Shown piece by piece: positions 9,089 through 18,640 of a DNA stretch of 64,000 bases (position 1 is the stretch's first letter; every line of letters starts with the position of its first letter). The notes beneath the pieces were generated by a model that saw only the letters and a program-made list of their open reading frames with translations, had not been told where the DNA came from and made no database searches. Where the stretch lies: the NCBI GenBank assembly GCA_947259645.1, contig CAMYND010000019.1, forward strand, positions 1-64,000, read 5' to 3'. This stretch comes from Thermodesulfovibrionia bacterium (GTDB taxonomy: Bacteria > Nitrospirota > Thermodesulfovibrionia > UBA6902). The translations under genes were made by a program, and so were the position numbers.

Positions 9089-12000
9089 TCAGACGGTCCT
9101 CAACAGTTTTATGGCCTCGTCCCGTATCTCAGGGAGGGGGTCTTTCGTTGCATTGCTCAGAAATTTCTGATCACTTCCCCTGCTTGTGACAGCGAGGATC
9201 TTAAATGCATGCATCCGTCTCTCACCATCGGAAGACCTGTTGAATATACTCAACATGTCCTGTTTGTCGCAGAGTTCACTGACTATATTGACAGCCAGGG
9301 AATCCATTTTATTGTAATTCTCATAAGACTCTCCGGCAGCATATTGAAGTCCTGACAGATGGGGCCGGAACTCGGGAAAGCTTTTTACTTTTTTCTGAAG
9401 AATGGAAATTGTGCTTTTGAGATCAATTTTGGCGAGGCCAATCACTGCCCTGGTCCTGACATAACTGTCAATGTCCTGGATTGCAGACCTGACAATTTCA
9501 TATGCCCTTTCACCGCCTATCGCAGCAACAGCATTCACAGCCGCTGCCCGTACCCGCTCGTTTGGATCATACACAAGTTTTTCTATGTTGCCTATGGACT
9601 GCTTTTTCTTGAATTTTCCCAAAGCTCCCAGCGCCGCAGCCCTGACATCAGGGTCTTTGTCGCCCAAAATATTGACGAGGAACTTCAGGGAGCCCCGTTT
9701 CCTGCTTTTCCCCATGAGCCAGGCCATGCCTATCTTTCGTGTCTTTGTCTCGGGCACACTCTTTACAAGTTCCGCTACTTTTCCCTGCTCTCCCGACAGC
9801 AGGTGTGACAGGGAATTGGTAACCACTTCCCGAAACTCACGGTCAGGTGTGTCAAGAACGTGAAGTAGCGCTTCCAGCGCCCTGGGATTTTTATACTCTC
9901 CAAGCAGTTCTGCGGCCCTGCTTCTCACGTCAGGTGCGGGATCCATCAAAGATGAGGAGAACGCTGTAATCGCTTCTTCCTCCCTGCCAATGGAGGCCAC
10001 CACATCCATGGCCTGTATCCGCACTTCACCATAGGGGTCTTTTTTCATAACATTCAGGATAGAGGTGAAAAGATCAGGGGTTGCGATGATTTTCAGCATT
10101 TCAATGACATTCATCCTGATAACCGGGTCAAGAGCCTCTCTTAATTTTTTCACAAGTTCATTAGCAAACATGTTGTCATTTCCGGCAAAGAGCAGCGAAA
10201 CTTCCAGGTTATTCAATTTCTTTGCCCTTGCCTTTATTTCCTCGATTACATGGGTCAACCGGAGGTCACCTGTTATGTTGATGATCTCTTTTTTGATTTT
10301 TTTCAGATTATTATGAGAATAAAAACTCTTGAGAAAAAGCGGGTCATGAAAACAGGCCAGAGCGATAAATGCTCCTGCAACGACTTTAAGGGAAGGATCA
10401 TCAAGCATCTTAAGTATAAGTGGCCTGAACTGTGAAAGCCCCGACGCACCAAAGGCAAGAATGAGGGCAAGACGTACATTCTCATCAGGGTCGTTTCCCA
10501 GGACCTTGGCTTTCTCAAGAAAAGCGTCATTCGAATTAGGACCGACGCAGGCAAGAACAATTGTACGGACTGAACGGGAGGGGTCGAAAAGGGCCTTTTC
10601 AAAAAGTGATTCATGTTCATCAAAACCAAAGACTGAAGCAGCGCGATAGGCTTCTTCCCTGAGGGTCTCATCAACACTTCCGGTAAAATCGATAATGTAA
10701 TTGTAGGCATCGTCGTCTTTCACAATAGATGCAATCTCGATGAGTGCTCCAACCGCATCGGTACCAAGATTCTGTGTATCCAGCAGAGAGAGAATCGAGT
10801 TAAAGTCCAGTGTATTCACCCGTCGCATATATTCAACGATTTCCCGCCTCAGATCAACCGTACAGAGCGCCAGCAGCCTGATAATATCAGGAAGAACTTC
10901 TGCGTCAACGATTGCTGCAAAATATCGGATTGCCTCTATTCTCAAGCCCTCAGAGGCCTCTGTGAGAACATTGAGCATCTTCTGCCTGTCGACTATTATC
11001 CCCAGTTCCCGCATAACTCTTACCGCCGTAGTCCTTACTTTCGGAGCAGGGTCGTATAACAGTTTCTCTATCTTGTCCCAATGGGATGACACCTTGAGCA
11101 TTGCAAGGGCACTGAGAGCCGCTTCACGCGCATAGGGATGGGGGTCATCCAGAATGGCGGCGATCCGCCCTGAATATTCTGAGGCTTCAAGTGTAGCCAG
11201 TGCCTCAACAGCAGAACGCCTCACCCAGTACTGGGAATCCTTTAGATTCTCGATCAGGAGAGGAACTGCTTCCTTCGCTCCTATCTTTCCAAGGCTTTGG
11301 ATAATGCGTGCTTTCAGTGTCCATTCTCTCTCGGTCCTGAGAAGATTAATGAGCGGTTCCGAAGCCTCCCGCGTGCCTGCCTCTCCAAGAAGTCGTACAA
11401 TGCGTTTTTTAATATTTCCTTCGGAGCTTTCCAGCTTCTCGCACAGACTCTCAACAACTCCTGCCTGAGCAACAAGGAACAGTATCTTGCGCAGTTCTGA
11501 TTTGTATTTTTCCTCGCTGTACTCATCGAGTATTTTTTCTACATAGCCGATTCTCTCCAGTGCAAGGGCCGCCCGCCTCCGCACCTCAGAATCATGGTCC
11601 TCCATTGCTACAAGCAGCGATGGAATTGACATTTCCCCAAGCTGTTCCAGGGCCTCAACAGCCCTTACCCTCACCCACCATTCAGGATCTTTGAGAATAT
11701 TTACCAGATAATGAATTACCGAGGGGTGTCCGATAGCTCCCAGTGCCTGGGATATGCGCGTTCTGACAAAGGGGATCGGTTCAGATATGAGCAGTTCTGT
11801 CAGTTTAATAATAGAGCGATCACTTTTTATTTTTCCCAGTGCACCTGCTGTCTTTGCCCTGACTTCAGGGCTCACATCAAAGAGAGATTCAATAAGCGCC
11901 TGGACCGCCTCTTGTGAATTAAGCCATCCAAGTATTTCTGCTGACCATCCCCGCCTGCTCTCACTGTCAAAATTGGTCAGCTCCTTTTTCAGATATTCTA

Positions 12001-13345
12001 CGGAATCATTCCCAATATTGACGAGAATTTCACCAATTCTCGGAGGTAGCCAGGTTTCGGGACTGCCAAGGGCTTCTACAAGAAATGGGATCGCCCGCCT
12101 GTCCTGTATCCTGCCAAGGGCACGGAGAGCGACACTCCTGACGTCTTCATCTTCGTCGTTTGTATCACGGATGATCTCAATCAGGTAAGGGACCGCTTTG
12201 GCTGATCCGATAAGCCCCAGTTTTTCTGTGGCAAAGGCCCGCTTTTTCCAGGAATTAGAATTTTTCAGGCTCTCAATATACCTGTCAGTAATACCGGTGG
12301 CATCATAGATTTCCTGTATATTGGTTCCGGCCTTTCCTGCCAGGGCCGCTGCCCGGTCTACGATAAATTCAATAAACTGCGTATTTCTGATCTTCAGAAG
12401 CTTTTTCGTAATATCATCCAGAGAGAATGACGAGTAATCTCCCTCTGCTATGGCATCAATTATATCTTTATTTCTTTTTATTAATCGCCTCACCTGAAGA
12501 TCCTGAAGAGTGCCCTTCTTCCTCAGAAATATCACTACAATAAACAGAACAGAAGCAACGAATATCGCAACAGCGCATAAGGTCAAAATAATATTCATTG
12601 TTGAAAACCCATTCTCCGGCCAGAGCTTTTTGATAAGGGAGAGGCTTTCTGTTTCAGAAATATTATGCTTCTTTTCAGGTGGAGTCGCTCTGCTCTGTTC
12701 TGAGTGGCGAACTTCAGGCTCATGACTGTTCAGAGGGCCAGGACCGGCCTTCAGCACCTTATCCTGATCTCCTGATTTACCAGCATCAGCGCGAGTATTT
12801 TTTCCCCTGACTTCGGGAACAGGCCCGGGCAGAGTTTCAGTCAGGTTTTTGCCACTGACAGGTTTCCTCTCATCACGGGCCACGTGATTTCTCTTGTCAA
12901 GGAGTGAGCCTGATTTTTGGGAATCACTGCTCATGAATGATATATATGCATCTTTGTGTCCGATAGCGGCAAGTTTATTCTTAAGAGGGACTGCCTGTTC
13001 TTTAGAACTGAATCGTCCGCAGCTTACCTTGAAAAGCCTTTTGCTTTGTTTCATTCTGCAGTCTATTCCCGATCCCCCCAGTTTATTGATAAACCCCTCG
13101 GCAGTTTCCTGTTTTCCATAGGCACCGATCTGAATTGTATAGACATGCTCTCCATAGGAATTGGTCAACGGGATAAAGAAGAGAAGAAAGATAAGCAGAA
13201 AAGTAAAAGCCCGTGGCCGCACATTATGAGTCCTGGCAGTTCTGCATGGGAGGGCAAAGTCAGGCTGACATTGTCTTATTTTACTGCCTGCTGCGATGGA
13301 ACGCTTTTTTAGAGTAAATGTCCAGTTCATACCGTTATTACACAT
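9089..13345 (-). CDS. giant SPOR-domain / transmembrane / HEAT-repeat (PBS-lyase-type) protein, 1418 aa (start possibly ATG at 13330)
   Basis: N-terminal hydrophobic segment. SPOR-like fold (YTIQIGAYGKQETAEGFINKL...LFKVSCGRFSSKEQAV). Pro/Ser-rich linker. TM helix (MNIILTLCAVAIFVASVLFIVVIFL). Over 25 HEAT-like repeats (DPEWWVRVRAVEALEQLG, DSQYWVRRSAVEALATL, and others). One-nucleotide gap to the downstream GT2 gene. Confidence 0.65.
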   Translation of the reverse strand: MCNNGMNWTFTLKKRSIAAGSKIRQCQPDFALPCRTARTHNVRPRAFTFLLIFLLFFIPLTNSYGEHVYTIQIGAYGKQETAEGFINKLGGSGIDCRMKQSKRLFKVSCGRFSSKEQAVPLKNKLAAIGHKDAYISFMSSDSQKSGSLLDKRNHVARDERKPVSGKNLTETLPGPVPEVRGKNTRADAGKSGDQDKVLKAGPGPLNSHEPEVRHSEQSRATPPEKKHNISETESLSLIKKLWPENGFSTMNIILTLCAVAIFVASVLFIVVIFLRKKGTLQDLQVRRLIKRNKDIIDAIAEGDYSSFSLDDITKKLLKIRNTQFIEFIVDRAAALAGKAGTNIQEIYDATGITDRYIESLKNSNSWKKRAFATEKLGLIGSAKAVPYLIEIIRDTNDEDEDVRSVALRALGRIQDRRAIPFLVEALGSPETWLPPRIGEILVNIGNDSVEYLKKELTNFDSESRRGWSAEILGWLNSQEAVQALIESLFDVSPEVRAKTAGALGKIKSDRSIIKLTELLISEPIPFVRTRISQALGAIGHPSVIHYLVNILKDPEWWVRVRAVEALEQLGEMSIPSLLVAMEDHDSEVRRRAALALERIGYVEKILDEYSEEKYKSELRKILFLVAQAGVVESLCEKLESSEGNIKKRIVRLLGEAGTREASEPLINLLRTEREWTLKARIIQSLGKIGAKEAVPLLIENLKDSQYWVRRSAVEALATLEASEYSGRIAAILDDPHPYAREAALSALAMLKVSSHWDKIEKLLYDPAPKVRTTAVRVMRELGIIVDRQKMLNVLTEASEGLRIEAIRYFAAIVDAEVLPDIIRLLALCTVDLRREIVEYMRRVNTLDFNSILSLLDTQNLGTDAVGALIEIASIVKDDDAYNYIIDFTGSVDETLREEAYRAASVFGFDEHESLFEKALFDPSRSVRTIVLACVGPNSNDAFLEKAKVLGNDPDENVRLALILAFGASGLSQFRPLILKMLDDPSLKVVAGAFIALACFHDPLFLKSFYSHNNLKKIKKEIINITGDLRLTHVIEEIKARAKKLNNLEVSLLFAGNDNMFANELVKKLREALDPVIRMNVIEMLKIIATPDLFTSILNVMKKDPYGEVRIQAMDVVASIGREEEAITAFSSSLMDPAPDVRSRAAELLGEYKNPRALEALLHVLDTPDREFREVVTNSLSHLLSGEQGKVAELVKSVPETKTRKIGMAWLMGKSRKRGSLKFLVNILGDKDPDVRAAALGALGKFKKKQSIGNIEKLVYDPNERVRAAAVNAVAAIGGERAYEIVRSAIQDIDSYVRTRAVIGLAKIDLKSTISILQKKVKSFPEFRPHLSGLQYAAGESYENYNKMDSLAVNIVSELCDKQDMLSIFNRSSDGERRMHAFKILAVTSRGSDQKFLSNATKDPLPEIRDEAIKLLRTV

Positions 13346-13661
13346 AACCTATATATACCTATGTTTATACGGATAATATGGCGATTAACTAAAATAGGGA
13401 ATCGGCCTCAGAGAAGAGTGAATACAGACAAAATCCGCCCACTTAAGCACAACTGACTAATTTATAAGCATATTCACAGCTATAACAGCTGAAATATGAT
13501 GAAACTTCTGCAACGTGAGATCTTGTGAGCGGACCCGTGACCGAGTATAATAAGTGCATTCATGCAGGCAGTTAATTTCATCCCATTTTCATATGTTCTT
13601 TGGGATCGGGCAGGCATCATATCACAAACGTTACGCAAAAAAGAGAGGCATTGTTTTTCCC

Positions 13662-14423
13662 ATGATTCGCATATTTCTTCCGGCTGAACAGCTCCGGTCT
13701 GAGCATATTGTAATAACAGGGGACAATGCCCGACATCTCGCGCTTGTTCTGAGAGTTCAGCCCGGTGAAATCATAACGATTTTTGACGGTCAAGGATACA
13801 GGTATGAATGTACTGTTAAGCAGGTTCACAAGAGAGAAATTACTGTTCAGATGAGCAGGAAAGAGCCCTACTCTGTAGAGTCTCCGATCTCTGTTGTCCT
13901 TGCACAGGGGTTACCCAAAGGAGATAAAATGGACCTGATAATTCAAAAGGCTACCGAGCTGGGGACTACCAGAATTATTCCTCTCATTACTGAGCGATCC
14001 CAGGTTAAACAGACGAATAAGCTGGTACGGTGGAAAAAGATCGCCCTCTCCGCTTCCCGGCAGTCAGGGAGAGACAGGATCACTGATATTTCTGAAGCTG
14101 TGACGTTCAGTGACTTCCTTGCCTCGCAGATGTCTCCGCCGGCGAAGGCGTATGTTGAGGATATCAAGGGGGCTACATTGAACGTGCTGCTTTCAGAAGA
14201 TTATAAACTCCGGAACCTGAAGGAGTTATTAAGCAGGAACAGCAGTGTTAAAGAAGTGGTCCTCATGGTTGGTCCTGAAGGCGGATTTTCCAGGACCGAG
14301 GTGCAGACCGCAACAGAAAAAGGATTTACAGAAGCATCATTGGGTCCGCGAATACTCAGAACCGAAACAGCCTCCCTTGCTGCGATCAGCATTATCCAGT
14401 ACACCCTGGGAGACATGGGATAA
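13662..14423 (+). CDS. rsmE: 16S rRNA (uracil1498-N3)-methyltransferase RsmE (ORF called from 13554; likely start ATG 13662)
   Basis: MIRIFLPAEQL...GEIITIFDGQGYRYECTV (PUA-like N-terminus) and a SPOUT C-terminal domain (MVGPEGGFS). SD AAAGAGAGG upstream of 13662. Confidence 0.8.
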   Translation: MIRIFLPAEQLRSEHIVITGDNARHLALVLRVQPGEIITIFDGQGYRYECTVKQVHKREITVQMSRKEPYSVESPISVVLAQGLPKGDKMDLIIQKATELGTTRIIPLITERSQVKQTNKLVRWKKIALSASRQSGRDRITDISEAVTFSDFLASQMSPPAKAYVEDIKGATLNVLLSEDYKLRNLKELLSRNSSVKEVVLMVGPEGGFSRTEVQTATEKGFTEASLGPRILRTETASLAAISIIQYTLGDMG

Positions 14424-14438
14424 GGGCATTACCCGGAC

Positions 14439-14789
14439 TTAAATGCCCTGTTTTTCTGACAGCAGGTCAAAGGCATAATCCAGAATTAGGTCTGTTGCCT
14501 CTCTTTCACGGTTCGTCAGCTCAACCCCGAAAAGGCACTTATTATCTATCTGTTCATCCCAGGTTACGTTCCCGGTCAGGGAGACAGCAGAGTCATATGC
14601 GGGCAGCTTTACCATTACTTCAACAGGTGTCTTTACCAGTGGAGTAATGTCCGGTGACTCAATGCAAAACCCGCCGGATGATATATTTTTAATTTCCCCG
14701 GCAAATAACTCTTCAGAATATTTTGATGCTTTAATCGCGACAGCGAGGGTAATGTCAAACCGTTCATTTTTTCTTCTCTCATGTACCAT
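14439..14789 (-). CDS. PilZ-domain c-di-GMP-binding protein
   Basis: RRKNER (RxxxR) and NISSGG (D/NxSxGG) PilZ signature motifs. Confidence 0.7.
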   Translation of the reverse strand: MVHERRKNERFDITLAVAIKASKYSEELFAGEIKNISSGGFCIESPDITPLVKTPVEVMVKLPAYDSAVSLTGNVTWDEQIDNKCLFGVELTNREREATDLILDYAFDLLSEKQGI

Positions 14790-14904
14790 ATTCCGTCTCC
14801 TTCATCCTGTGTGTGTCAACGTCCTGTTCTGTTGTTGCCTATCTTATCGAACTGAACCGGTTTTTTCTTTACTGCATATACCAATGGTCCCTGGACTCTC
14901 CTGC

Positions 14905-15117
14905 TTATTCAGCGGCCTGTATATTCACAACCCTGTCAAGAGGAATGATAACCCAGCCTGTCTCAGCCTGCAGGCTCACTTCACTTTCCCCTATCTCAAC
15001 AAGAACTCCCCGGTACAACGTCTCAACGGTTTGAACTTCTACTGCCTTGCCAACCAGTTCCTGCATAAGTTTCTCCTCCCGGGGCAATGTAATAAGCCCC
15101 TGTTTGAAACCATTCAT
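14905..15117 (-). CDS. small hypothetical protein (70 aa, DUF2642/Sm-like?)
   Basis: Co-oriented directly upstream of the PilZ gene. Beta-rich sequence GKAVEVQTVETLYRGVLVEIGESEVSL...IIPLDRVVNI. Confidence 0.35.
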   Translation of the reverse strand: MNGFKQGLITLPREEKLMQELVGKAVEVQTVETLYRGVLVEIGESEVSLQAETGWVIIPLDRVVNIQAAE

Positions 15118-15243
15118 TCACCATGCTTCATAACGTCTCAGTTCAGGATAATTCCTCTCTGATTCAGATCATACCTCACGTTCAATTATAAATTATCTTG
15201 TTACTCAAAATCATTATTCATATACTTTATCAGGAGGTCAGCA

Positions 15244-15378
15244 ATGATAGAATTATGTGCGTGTCTGGGATGTAACGTCGGATCAGATATTCCGGACTTT
15301 ACTCCGGAAACATACGAACCATCAAAAGGTGGCTTCAGTGAGATAAGCCTGAGAGCACTCAAGAAGACCAAGAAATGA
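15244..15378 (+). CDS. unlisted small ORF, 44 aa (MIELCACLGCNVGSDIPDFTPETYEPSKGGFSEISLRALKKTKK), strong SD
   Basis: Consensus AGGAGG at 15232-15237, six nucleotides before the ATG. Candidate TTGTTA-N17-TATACT promoter at 15198-15226. Lies in a 278-bp gap; below the 60-aa cutoff of the ORF track. Confidence 0.4.
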   Translation: MIELCACLGCNVGSDIPDFTPETYEPSKGGFSEISLRALKKTKK

Positions 15379-15395
15379 ACAATCCTGTTTTCAGA

Positions 15396-16205
15396 TCATT
15401 CTCTTCCTTTCAAACTGTTCACAAATTCTCCGCCTAAAAGAAATATACAGGAAAGGTAATACATCCACAGAAGGAACAATATAAAGGTTGTTAAAGAACC
15501 GTATATGGTGCCGATATAGGCTATATTTCTTACAAACCAGGTGAAGAGATGTTTGGCCAGCTCCCAGAGCACCGTAACCATCAGTGCTCCGGCAAAGGCG
15601 TGATTTGCATTGACCTTTACATGAGGCACGATTTTAAACACCGTAGTGAATGTCAGGAGAACAAGAACAAATGGAGCCACATATTTCAGGAGTATTGCCG
15701 CTTTATAACTTAACGCAACCCCAAAAAGGTTCACCGGATGCTGCATGAAAATGCCGGCGATTGAACTCACGGTAAAAGACATCAGCCAGAAGAAAATAAA
15801 GAGCGTTACAATAAGAATCGTCCAGAGCAGTGACAACAGGAAGTGCCTTTTCTTCGGCACCTTGAAAATCACATCCATGGCATGCTCTACAGAATAGAAC
15901 AGCTGAAGCGAAAGAAACCCGTAAATTATAAATGAGATTAAACTGATTCCTTTGTAGGTAATCACATTTCTGAGTTCATTGGTGATCCCGGCCGTTACCG
16001 CGGGGAAAAAATCGATCAGTTTTGAGAGGAGAAAATTATAAAGTTCCTGATTACCACCCAGCATGTACCCAAAAAGCGCGATAACAAGAAGAGTAAGCGG
16101 CACCAGGGAAACAATGAGGAAATAGGCTATTGATCCGGCCAGGTAAAAACACTCATCCTTAAAAAAAGAGGTCAGGCTGTTACTTATCGTCTTAATTAAA
16201 TACAT
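15396..16205 (-). CDS. yihY: YihY/BrkB family inner-membrane protein
   Basis: YLAGSIAYFLIVSLVPLTLLVIALFGY signature; six transmembrane segments. Confidence 0.8.
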   Translation of the reverse strand: MYLIKTISNSLTSFFKDECFYLAGSIAYFLIVSLVPLTLLVIALFGYMLGGNQELYNFLLSKLIDFFPAVTAGITNELRNVITYKGISLISFIIYGFLSLQLFYSVEHAMDVIFKVPKKRHFLLSLLWTILIVTLFIFFWLMSFTVSSIAGIFMQHPVNLFGVALSYKAAILLKYVAPFVLVLLTFTTVFKIVPHVKVNANHAFAGALMVTVLWELAKHLFTWFVRNIAYIGTIYGSLTTFILFLLWMYYLSCIFLLGGEFVNSLKGRE

Positions 16206-16322
16206 TGATTCCTGATAATTATGCTGGCAGTATTCATCTACTCTTATCGAATGCTCTTCATACAGCCTTTAGGCTGATTTTTCCTGAGGGTTCAAATCAG
16301 GGAATACAGACAGCCCGCGTAT

Positions 16323-17633
16323 TTATTTCTGCTTTCGCTGTCTCACATAAAAATCAACAGGGACCCCTTCAAAAGTAAATTTTTCCCGCAACTGTTTTTC
16401 CAGAAAACGTATGTACTGATCCTTTATTCCCTCTTTCTTGTTCGTGAACAACGTAAAACCGGGGGGACCTGTTTTAACCTGGGTAATATAGAAAATCTTG
16501 ACCCTGTTGCCGCGGTACAGGGGCGGCTCCTTTTTTTTCAGCGTCTCTCTCAAAAATATATTCAGTGCATGCGTGCTGATTCTTTTTTCGCTTTCAGCGA
16601 TTACTTTGTCGATAAGGGGAAAAAGCTTTGTTACCCGCTGCTTGTTAATTGCAGCAATAGTCAGGACCGGGACATGCCTCATAAACCAGAGTTTCTGATG
16701 GACCACATCCTGAACTTTCTCAAGGGAGAGAGCGTCCTTGTCTACCAGGTCCCACTTGTTAAGCACGATTATAGCTCCTTTTCGCGCAGCATGAACAACA
16801 CCTGCAATCCTCTGGTCAAGCTCCACTACCCCGTCCGGCGTATCAAGAACTATCAGTGCTATATCGCATTCCTCTATGTTTCTCAATGTCCTGATAAATG
16901 AGTATCTCTCGATGGTCTGTGCCATCTTGCCTTTTCGACGAATGCCGGCAGTGTCCACAAGGATATATTTTTTGCTGTAATATTTACAGACTGAATCCAC
17001 GGCATCTACTGTAGTCCCTGCCACCGGACTCACAATCATCCGTTCCTTGCTGAGAAGGCAGTTCACAAGGGTTGACTTGCCTACATTCGGCCTTCCGACT
17101 ATCGCTATCCTGGGAATATCAGATTTTTCTTCAACGCTCAAGGGCACCAATGTAACAACATTATCCATAAGCTCCTCGTATCCGTTGCCATTGAGTGCAG
17201 AGAGCGGATAAATATCAACGCCCAGAGCATAAAAGTCATACAATGTTTTTTCCTTTTTGGGGCCATCTATTTTGTTTACCGCATAGAAGGTTTTTTTTCC
17301 ATGCTTCCTGAGGGTTGCAATGAGTTCGATATCCAGTGGAAGCAGACCACTTTCACCATCCATAAGCATAATGATGATATCCGCCTCTTCAACTGCAGCC
17401 TGGACCTGGTTCTTTACCTCCTTGTAGATTTCCTCATCAGGCTCATGAAGAAAACCGCCAGTGTCAATAACAAGAAAATGCCTGTCTTCCCATGCTGCGT
17501 CACCATAAATCCTGTCACGGGTGATGCCGGGGTAGTCCTCTATAACAGCGCTCCGCCTCCGAATTAACCTGTTAAAGAGCGTGGACTTGCCCACATTTGC
17601 TCTTCCCACTATTGCTATAACCGGCTTAGCCAT
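16323..17633 (-). CDS. der: ribosome-biogenesis GTPase Der (EngA), two G-domains plus KH-like domain
   Basis: GRANVGKSTLFN and GRPNVGKSTLVN P-loops; DTGG/DTAG; NKWD/NKID motifs. Confidence 0.95.
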   Translation of the reverse strand: MAKPVIAIVGRANVGKSTLFNRLIRRRSAVIEDYPGITRDRIYGDAAWEDRHFLVIDTGGFLHEPDEEIYKEVKNQVQAAVEEADIIIMLMDGESGLLPLDIELIATLRKHGKKTFYAVNKIDGPKKEKTLYDFYALGVDIYPLSALNGNGYEELMDNVVTLVPLSVEEKSDIPRIAIVGRPNVGKSTLVNCLLSKERMIVSPVAGTTVDAVDSVCKYYSKKYILVDTAGIRRKGKMAQTIERYSFIRTLRNIEECDIALIVLDTPDGVVELDQRIAGVVHAARKGAIIVLNKWDLVDKDALSLEKVQDVVHQKLWFMRHVPVLTIAAINKQRVTKLFPLIDKVIAESEKRISTHALNIFLRETLKKKEPPLYRGNRVKIFYITQVKTGPPGFTLFTNKKEGIKDQYIRFLEKQLREKFTFEGVPVDFYVRQRKQK

Positions 17634-17963
17634 AAATCTATTACCTTCTTATCTCCTTACGTCTTTTAATGATAACCAATCTTATCTTTGGCGACACTGG
17701 CCATGATAAGATATGCATCGGGGTTTCATTGCGGTCTCTTCCATTCATCTCAAGTGAAAATATTACATTTACTCCATGCCAGAGTTCAGTGCCGCACCCT
17801 GAATATGCCAATAGAATTAAGCGCCAGCAAGGTCTGTTCCGGTGTTCATTATACCACAGCGGAAGCACCATAAGCGGCTGTCCCTGAAAGCGGCCCCTCT
17901 TTATCTCACTGAGAAAACAGTCATTAAATTGACTCTACCATCTGCAGGATGGTATTTTAAGAG

Positions 17964-18617
17964 ATGATGATAAAATCACTGATAGGTTCAATCATTATCA
18001 TCATCTGCTTTGGGGCCTCATCTCACGCTGATATTTTCTCCTATACTGATAAAGACGGCGTTACCCACTTCACAAACATTTCTCAGGGCAAAAATTACAA
18101 GAAAATAATAACAGAACCCCCCCGAACAAAGACCGAACGTTTCGAGCGCATCATAAGCAGTAAATCGGGCAAATACGGCCTGGAACCTGAAATAATCAAG
18201 GCCGTCATAACAGCTGAGTCCAACTGGAATCCAAAGGCTGTTTCCCGGAAAGGTGCCATAGGACTCATGCAGCTCATGCCATCAACCGCAAAAGAGATGA
18301 AAATTTCAGACCCGTATAACCCTGAGGAAAATATAGAAGCCGGAACACGATATCTCAGGCACCTTCTTGACAGGTTTGACGAAGACCTGGACCTTGCCCT
18401 TGCAGCCTATAATGCAGGGCCCGGCAATGTGGAAAAAGCAGGAGGGATTCCTGCATTCATTGAAACCAGAATGTTTGTAAAAAGCGTCAAGTCCTTCTAC
18501 AAAGACTTCTCTCTCAACAAGGTGAAACCGATATACAGGCTGACCCTTGATGACGGGACTGTCATGTTCACCAATACGCCCTCTCCCTACAAGCAGTACA
18601 ACCTTTCAAAATTCTAA
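17964..18617 (+). CDS. secreted lytic transglycosylase (DUF4124 N-terminal domain + SLT domain)
   Basis: Signal peptide. IFSYTDKDGVTHFTN (DUF4124). ITAESNWNPKAVSRKGAIGLMQLMPSTA (SLT catalytic motif). Confidence 0.8.
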   Translation: MMIKSLIGSIIIIICFGASSHADIFSYTDKDGVTHFTNISQGKNYKKIITEPPRTKTERFERIISSKSGKYGLEPEIIKAVITAESNWNPKAVSRKGAIGLMQLMPSTAKEMKISDPYNPEENIEAGTRYLRHLLDRFDEDLDLALAAYNAGPGNVEKAGGIPAFIETRMFVKSVKSFYKDFSLNKVKPIYRLTLDDGTVMFTNTPSPYKQYNLSKF

Positions 18618-18640
18618 AAAAAAGACTAAAATAATAGCCT

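Noticed and set aside
9041-13312. Numerous 60-150-aa ORFs on the + strand opposite the HEAT-repeat gene, and similar antisense ORFs opposite dnaK, recG, lysS and others
   Set aside because: They are antisense to long, confidently identified genes and have no SD signals or motifs. They are typical shadow ORFs.
17641-17887. ORFs 17641-17871 (-), 17669-17887 (+) and 17688-17873 (+) in the der/SLT divergent region
   Set aside because: They are mutually overlapping with no SD or domain, in a probable promoter region.
17860-17930. AGCGG-containing triple repeat (AGCGGAAGCACC...AAGCGGCTGTCCC...AAAGCGGCCCC) upstream of the SLT gene
   Set aside because: It is short and degenerate. I could not relate it to any riboswitch class, so it is probably chance.
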